Of a DNA stretch of 64,000 nt, positions 57,332 to 64,000 are shown one piece after another. Numbering within the stretch: the first letter of the stretch is position 1; each line of letters starts with the position of its first letter. Source of the stretch: Octopus vulgaris (lineage: Eukaryota); NCBI GenBank assembly GCA_951406725.2, contig OX597825.1, forward strand, positions 18,290,001 through 18,354,000. The letters run 5' to 3'. The notes under the pieces are model-generated. The model was not told where the DNA came from, did not search any database, and worked only from the letters and a program-made list of their open reading frames with translations. A program made the translations under genes and the position numbers.

Positions 57332-58267
57332 TAAATTCCATTCTAAAACTATTATATGTGTGTGTGTGTGTGTGTGTGAGTGTGTGTGTACGTATGTATG
57401 TATATGCATATGAATGCACAAATATACGCATGTAGGTATGTATCTATGTAATTATATAGATATAAGATGCCGTGTGCGTATACACACACACACCCTCATA
57501 TATGTATATATGCATGTATATACTAATATATGCTTCTATAATGGACACATTATCCCAAAGTTGAGAAGCTATATATATATACGCGATCCAAACAAGAAAA
57601 AACAACAACGTGAGGGCGTGGAATAAGTACAGTGTTATTGGACACTCAGGAAAGGAAAGAAAAGACTTCTTCATCAGAAATATAGAAAAAGTCCAAAGAA
57701 GGGAAGACGGAAAAAGAAAATAGCCAACGATACACACGCAGTCAAACACACATACCTAAACGTAGTGTTACACCCATACACCAATATATAAATGCATATA
57801 TGCATTATAAACTCCATAAATTTGCGTATGACTAATAGCTTATTTCTTTGTGTGATTATGAATATGCATCAACGTATTATATTAACTGCACACAACACGT
57901 CACCGTTCGATTCAGACACTAAACTTTATTGTTATGTGCAAACATGTATAGAAAGAGCCTATAGTAATGCATATGTATCCATAATATAAAACTATAATGT
58001 ATGCATAAAATATATATAAATGACCAACTTAAATTTGCCTTTTTTTTTCTCACTTTCCTTAGAGTTGCTGAAACTAGTGAAAGCCTTGGATGAGTAAGAA
58101 GGCTGCCAGTAGAAATAAATAAATGAAAGATACTAAATTATTGTGCATAGACATGCTGCTACATAAATTATATTAACATGTCAAGTTACAGATCGCACGA
58201 TCAAATTATAACTGTGCTGAATGTATATAGATGAGCGTACAATACCTATGTGTGTGTGTGTGTTTAT

Positions 58268-58432
58268 GGGCGCAGGATTGGCTGAGTAATAAGGAGCTTG
58301 CTTCCCAACCACTAGATTCTGGGTTCAGTCCCACTGCATGGCATCGCCAGCAAGTCTTTTCTATTATAGCGTTGGGCTGAACAAAGCCTTGTGAGTGGAT
58401 TTGGCAGATGAAAACTGAAAGAAGCCCGTCGA
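58268..58432 (+). mobile_element. SINE family A 5' half
   Basis: Collinear with the full copies. Confidence 0.75.
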
Positions 58433-58451
58433 GTATATATGTATATATAAG

Positions 58452-58512
<61 letters not shown>

Positions 58513-58518
58513 ATATAA

Positions 58519-58555
<37 letters not shown>

Positions 58556-58725
58556 TAGATAGATATAAAGATATATATATATATGTACACACACGTACAC
58601 ACACATATATATAGGGAGAGAGATAGATAGATATGTGTGTGTGTACATATACATATACATATATGTACACACATATATACATTCATATATATACATATAC
58701 ACACATACATATGTACATACATACA

Positions 58726-58762
<37 letters not shown>

Positions 58763-59316
58763 ACATATATGTGTGTCGGTTGCATATATGTCTGTCGGTA
58801 GCAAATGTTGGCTTATGCTCAATAAGTTAATATTTCAATTTTTCCCACCGTATTCTGAACCTATTGCAATCAGCCCCAAACAATCTGACTCACCGCAATA
58901 TCATTTACAGATATATTGGTGGAATGGGGGAAGATTGACAGAATCATACGACGATCGCAAAATGTCTTCTGGGATTTGTTGGCGCCATGCATTTTATGTT
59001 CTGTATATTCCTTCCATTTTTACGATCTGAGTTCAAATTGCGCTGAGGTCGACCTTGCCCTTCATCCTTTCAGAGTCGATAAAAATGAGTTACATTGGAG
59101 TACTGGACTTGATTTAATTGACGTACTCCCTCCTCCCACACCGAGACTGCTGGCCTCATGCCAAAATTTGAAACTAATATTGTAATGCAGTGGTGTTATT
59201 CCAATAATACGTTTATTTATTCAGTCAATTGTATGAAAATACCACAACACACACACACGCACGCATGTATAAAAATACATGTATATATACACATGCCAAT
59301 GTATATATGTGTATGT

Positions 59317-59400
<84 letters not shown>

Positions 59401-59420
59401 TGTGTGTCTGTGTGTGTGGA

Positions 59421-59772
59421 AGGCGGCGAGCTGGCAGAAACGTTAGCACACCGGGCGAAATGCCTAGCGGTAGTTCGTCTGCCGTTACGTTCTGAGTTAA
59501 AATTCCGCCGAAGTCGACTTTACCTTTCATCCTTTTGGGGACGATTATATAAGTACCAGTTACGCACTGGGTCGATATAATCAACTTAATCCGTTTGTTT
59601 GTCCTTGTTTGTCCCCTCTGTGTTTAGACTTTTGTGGGTAGTAAAGAAATAGGCATTTCGTCTGCCGCTACGTTCTGAGTTCAAATTCCGCCGAGGTCCA
59701 CTTAGCCTTTCATCCTTTCGGGGTCGATTAAATAGGTACCAGTAACGCACTGGGTATATATAATCGACTTAA
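59421..59772 (+). mobile_element. SINE family B dimer
   Basis: Junction gtaaagaaatag|gcatttcgtctgcc at ~59652. Confidence 0.9.
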
Positions 59773-59911
59773 TGCATATGTGTGTGCATGTAATAAGTAT
59801 GTATGTGGCTGAGTTGACTTCGGTGGAATATGAACTCAGACAGCAAATAATTTAATCAAACACCGCAAGGTATTTTCTCTGATGCTGTAACTTTGGGGCC
59901 AATAATAATAC

Positions 59912-60145
59912 GTATTTCTTTATGACCCACAAGGGGCTAAACAAAGAGGGGACAAACAAGGACAGACAAAAGGATTAAGTCGATTACATCGAACCCAGTG
60001 CGTAGCTGGTACTTAATTTATCGACCCCGAAAGGATGAAAGGCAAAGTCAACCTCGGTGGAATTTGAAACTCAGAACGTAACGGCAGACGAAATACGGCT
60101 ACGCATTTCGACCGGCATGCTAACGTTTCTGCCAGCTCACCGCCT
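59912..60145 (-). mobile_element. SINE family B monomer with 16-bp TSD
   Basis: gggccaataataatac at 59896-59911 and 60150-60165. Confidence 0.9.
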
Positions 60146-61397
60146 TTTCGGGCCAATAATAATACCACCAGCACCAAGAACAACGTAGTGCAATAAATAA
60201 AAAATATATATACTTCTTAGTGCGTGTATGCTAGTGCGTGTGTCTGTATCGGTGCGTTTGTTTATATTTGTGCGCATGTTATTAATATTATTATTGATTT
60301 TTTATAGCTTGTTTTGTTTCTGTTTTTTTCTTTTTTCTTTTCTAGTGCAGAATATGTCGGTGGCGATAGCGAAGGTAGTAGGACCGCCTTATATGTTAGT
60401 GGCGATGGTGGCGTGGCGTGGGTAGATGGAGATCAATGTTTATGGCGGCGGTGAGGATGGCCGTCGTCATCGTAGTGTTAGTAATAGGTGGGGGTCCGAT
60501 TATATGTTGATGTTGTTGTTCTTGTTGTTGTTGGTGGTGGTGATGGTGTTATGTTTGTTTTTGAGGTGTTGGTGCTGTATTATTATTATATTTTCGTTGC
60601 TGCAAATCCTTTTTTTTCTGAACTGCTGATGGAACATTAAGAAACATTACATTGTCCAGCCATTCTAGTCAAGAACTGAGATGCCTGTTTATTCTCAAGA
60701 ATCGTTGTATGCGTAGTTAATTCACAATGGGAGACCTCTCCAAGACAATCTCATAAGCATTTCTTTATACTTTCTAGTAAATGATACCATGATGTTGATG
60801 TTTACATTTTCTGCTTTGTTTTATTGTTTTGTTATTATAACTTATTTATTTATTTATATTTGTATGTTTCTTGTTCTTTATCACTGAAGAAATATATACC
60901 ATGGGAATCACAAAGAATTTGGAATAAAAGTCACTGAGTATATAGAAAAGGGTCGTTTTATATATAAAGGTTAATGTTTCTGCATTGTGCTGATATGTGA
61001 TATAGTCCTATATTTCCTCTTCATGAAAAACCACAGTTCTGGGAGATATGTGAGTCATAGAATGATAAATTTAATGTGGTTTATTTTCCCCATTTCATAT
61101 ATCCCTAGGGGAAAGTCGACTCTAATTTCAGTCGTTTCGTGCCCGAGAAAATAACCGCCAGTTGTTAATGCGGTCACTTCAATGCTTTATATTGCGTCCA
61201 CTTAGCAAGGAATTGGTTCTGTTCCTACTCAAATACAAAGCAATATTTTCCATATGCCTTTGGGAAGAGATAAGTGACCGATGAGCCGAACCTATAAAAC
61301 AATTTTTCGTTCCAACTGAAGTTTCTTTCGTTTGCTTTAACCATTAATGCTCTCAGATAAAAAAAAAAAAGTAAATTACATGAGCAGAACCTCATTC

Positions 61398-61720
61398 GGT
61401 TTCCTATTTTCCAAGAATATAGGGACTTATTAAAAATATAAGGAATCACTGAATTAAAAATTTTCCACGAATATGGGAACTTATTAAGAGCATAAGGAAT
61501 CACTGAATTTCCAATTTTCCACGAATATGGGAACTTATCAAGAGTATAAGGAATCACCGAATTTCCAATTTTCCACGAATATGGGAACTTAAGAGAATAA
61601 GGAATCACTGAATTTCCAATTTTCCACGAATATGGGAACTTATTAAGAATATAAGGAATCACTGAATTTCCAATGTTCCACGAATATGGGAACTTATTAA
61701 GTATATAAGGATTCACTGTA
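61398..61720 (+). repeat. 54-bp minisatellite, 6 units (one of 51 bp)
   Basis: aggaatcactgaatttccaattttccacgaatatgggaacttattaagaatata; unit starts at 61441, 61495, 61549, 61600, 61654 and 61708. Confidence 0.95.
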
Positions 61721-61964
61721 AAGACATTCATAGTTCCCTTGGGCTAACAACTATTTGAAACCTCGCATCAGACAAAACTTTGCCAGTAGAAGCTTCGGAA
61801 TCGTTTCCATGTGCATCTGCACACAGTTACACTGTTAATACGTTAGATGAAGGGATAAGGGTTTTTAACCATACTTACTGTTTTTCTGAAACCTGCTGAA
61901 TTGGAAAAAAACAAATACAAACACAAACACATACATAAACATCTAACTAACTATTTTAATTTTT

Positions 61965-62608
61965 TTCAAACAAATCCACTCATAAGGCTTTTCGCAGCCC
62001 GACGTTCCAGGAGCAGGCAATTGCCCTAGGTACCACGTTGTGAGATTGAACCCTAAACCTCATAATTGGGTATATTATTTTACTTGTTTCAGTCATTTAA
62101 CTGTGGCCATGCTGGAGCACCGCCTTTATTCATGCAAGTCGACACCAGGATTTATTCTTTGGATGCCAAATATTCTATCGGTCTCTTTTGCCGACCCGCA
62201 AAGTTACGGGGATGTAAACACACCACCATCGGTCGTCAAGCGATGCTGGAGGGGCAATCACAGACACACAAACAAACATATACACACACACTCGTATATA
62301 TATATATATATACACACACATACATACATACACACATATATACTTAATGTAGGATAACATTTTATTTGTCGAAAAAAAAATTTTATCAATGGCCAGCATA
62401 TTAAAAAATACCTTTAAAGGTTAAATTTATAAAGGGCTCTTACGAGTTAACCCTGAAATCGGCCCGATATGGTAATAATGGGATTTTTTAGAAATATCTG
62501 CCGACCTTTTTGGGAGCAGCGTGCGTTCTGTGAAAAATTATAATGGTTATGGACAATGTCTTATTTTCGGCATATGGCATTAGAACATTTTTTCGTTTGC
62601 CCTCATTT

Positions 62609-62656
<48 letters not shown>

Positions 62657-62812
62657 TACGACGGGCTTCATTCAGTTTCGTCTACCAAATCCACTCAATT
62701 TTTTGGTCGGCCCGAGATTCTAGCAGAAGACACTTGCCTAAGGTGCTGCGCAGTGGGACTGAACCAGAAACCATGTGGCTGGTAAGCAAGCTACTTACCA
62801 CTCCTGCGCCTG
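61965..62812 (-). mobile_element. SINE family A fragments (61965-62070, 62075-62290, 62650-62812)
   Basis: Collinear blocks with the full copies. Confidence 0.75.
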
Positions 62813-63551
62813 CATCTTAGATATTTTTCTGTATTTCACTTTTGCTTATATCTTAACTGCAAAGCATCAAAGTTATAACACATTTATTTAAAAGTAATGT
62901 TACGTTTACTGCAACTTCTTGAAAAAGTTTTTGTTCAAAGAAATTTATGGAGTCGATGAGTTCCGACGCAATAATATATTATGCTGCAACAATTTATTCT
63001 TAACACTAAAGGAAAGGCAAGCAAATAATACGATATAGGTTGGATATGAACGCACAACCGAAAGATCTGCACACTTGACTACCACATATCAATTACAACA
63101 TACTTAATTCTACTGATTTAGAAAAGAAACAATGAAGTTCTAAGTTCATCAACCTGAGTAGAAGGAACAGACTGTCTGATTATATTGTTATAATATGTCA
63201 GTGATAGACAATCAATGTTGTGTTGGGTGGAGGAGAAATAAGTATCAAAGAGCGCAGAGAAATCGATGCAATTTACAATAGACGTACGTAACAGCTCATT
63301 GATAAGAAATAAAGAACTCTGTATATAATAGCAGACATGGTCAATCAATCAATTAAATGGCCTTTCAGGAAGATATATGACCGACCATAGTAATAAGATG
63401 AGTGAGGAATGTTGACTCTGTAAGTGGGAGTATTCATTAGTCAGTAAGCTAGTTGATGAGTGTCGTAATGTAGAGAGGATGTGAGATCAGGATGAGCCGC
63501 CACTAGAAGATGGCTTTGAATACCGGTAGCAGCTGCTGTCATTTCATATAT

Positions 63552-63593
<42 letters not shown>

Positions 63594-63611
63594 CTCTCTT
63601 TCTCTCTCTCT

Positions 63612-63646
<35 letters not shown>

Positions 63647-63717
63647 GAGAGAGAGAGAGAGAGAGAGATAGATAGATAGATAGATAGATAGATATATAGA
63701 TAGATATATACACATAT

Positions 63718-63816
<99 letters not shown>

Positions 63817-64000
63817 CACACACACGTGTGAGTGTTTGTGTGCGTGTACAAAATGCCCTGAAGAAAAGCGTTCTTCCCACATTGTCTTATTTCTGACGTC
63901 TATGAAAGGAAATTGTAATTAAGAATCCAAATTAGTTTATTATTCTTGAAATTGGTATTGCTTTTATCCAATAATTTCTTTCGTTTTTACTTTATATGTA

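Larger units (their letters stand above)
56950..57341. repeat. Imperfect inverted repeat with ~180-bp arms and a 33-bp spacer (57134-57166)
   Basis: atggaatttac..atgaatcacagag versus ctctgtgattcat..gtaaattccat; the ORF track gives homologous peptides on opposite strands. Confidence 0.95.

Noticed and set aside
63118-63348. 76-aa ORF with IDFSALFDT, reminiscent of RT motif A
   Set aside because: Flanking RT motifs are absent; the similarity is too short to support

Overview
AT-rich, microsatellite-saturated eukaryotic intergenic or intronic DNA. The SINE families present suggest an octopus (cephalopod) genome; this is inferred from recognising the repeats, not from a search. No intact protein-coding gene is supported, and nearly all listed ORFs are translated microsatellites or SINEs. 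The window holds about 50 copies or fragments of three tRNA-derived SINE families (labelled A, B and C here). It also holds a decayed R4/Dong-type non-LTR endonuclease fragment, a CR1/L2-like 3' remnant, mariner and piggyBac-type MITEs, an LTR remnant with a tRNA-Ser primer-binding site, two minisatellites and a 100-N gap. The main result is a set of type I hammerhead-ribozyme motifs in three unrelated short non-coding repeat families. (1) A canonical minimal hammerhead at 51493-51544 has a sibling at 48512-48580 whose helix II keeps its pairing with a different sequence. (2) A hammerhead at 57190-57331 has a ~107-nt helix II insert and sits in a ~390-bp inverted duplication whose other arm carries a compensatory helix I change. 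(3) Five copies of a variant have a non-canonical CUGUNGA core in which the free N7 position takes all four bases. All intact copies have the short palindromic helix III typical of Penelope-like element or retrozyme hammerheads. Catalytic activity is inferred, not shown.
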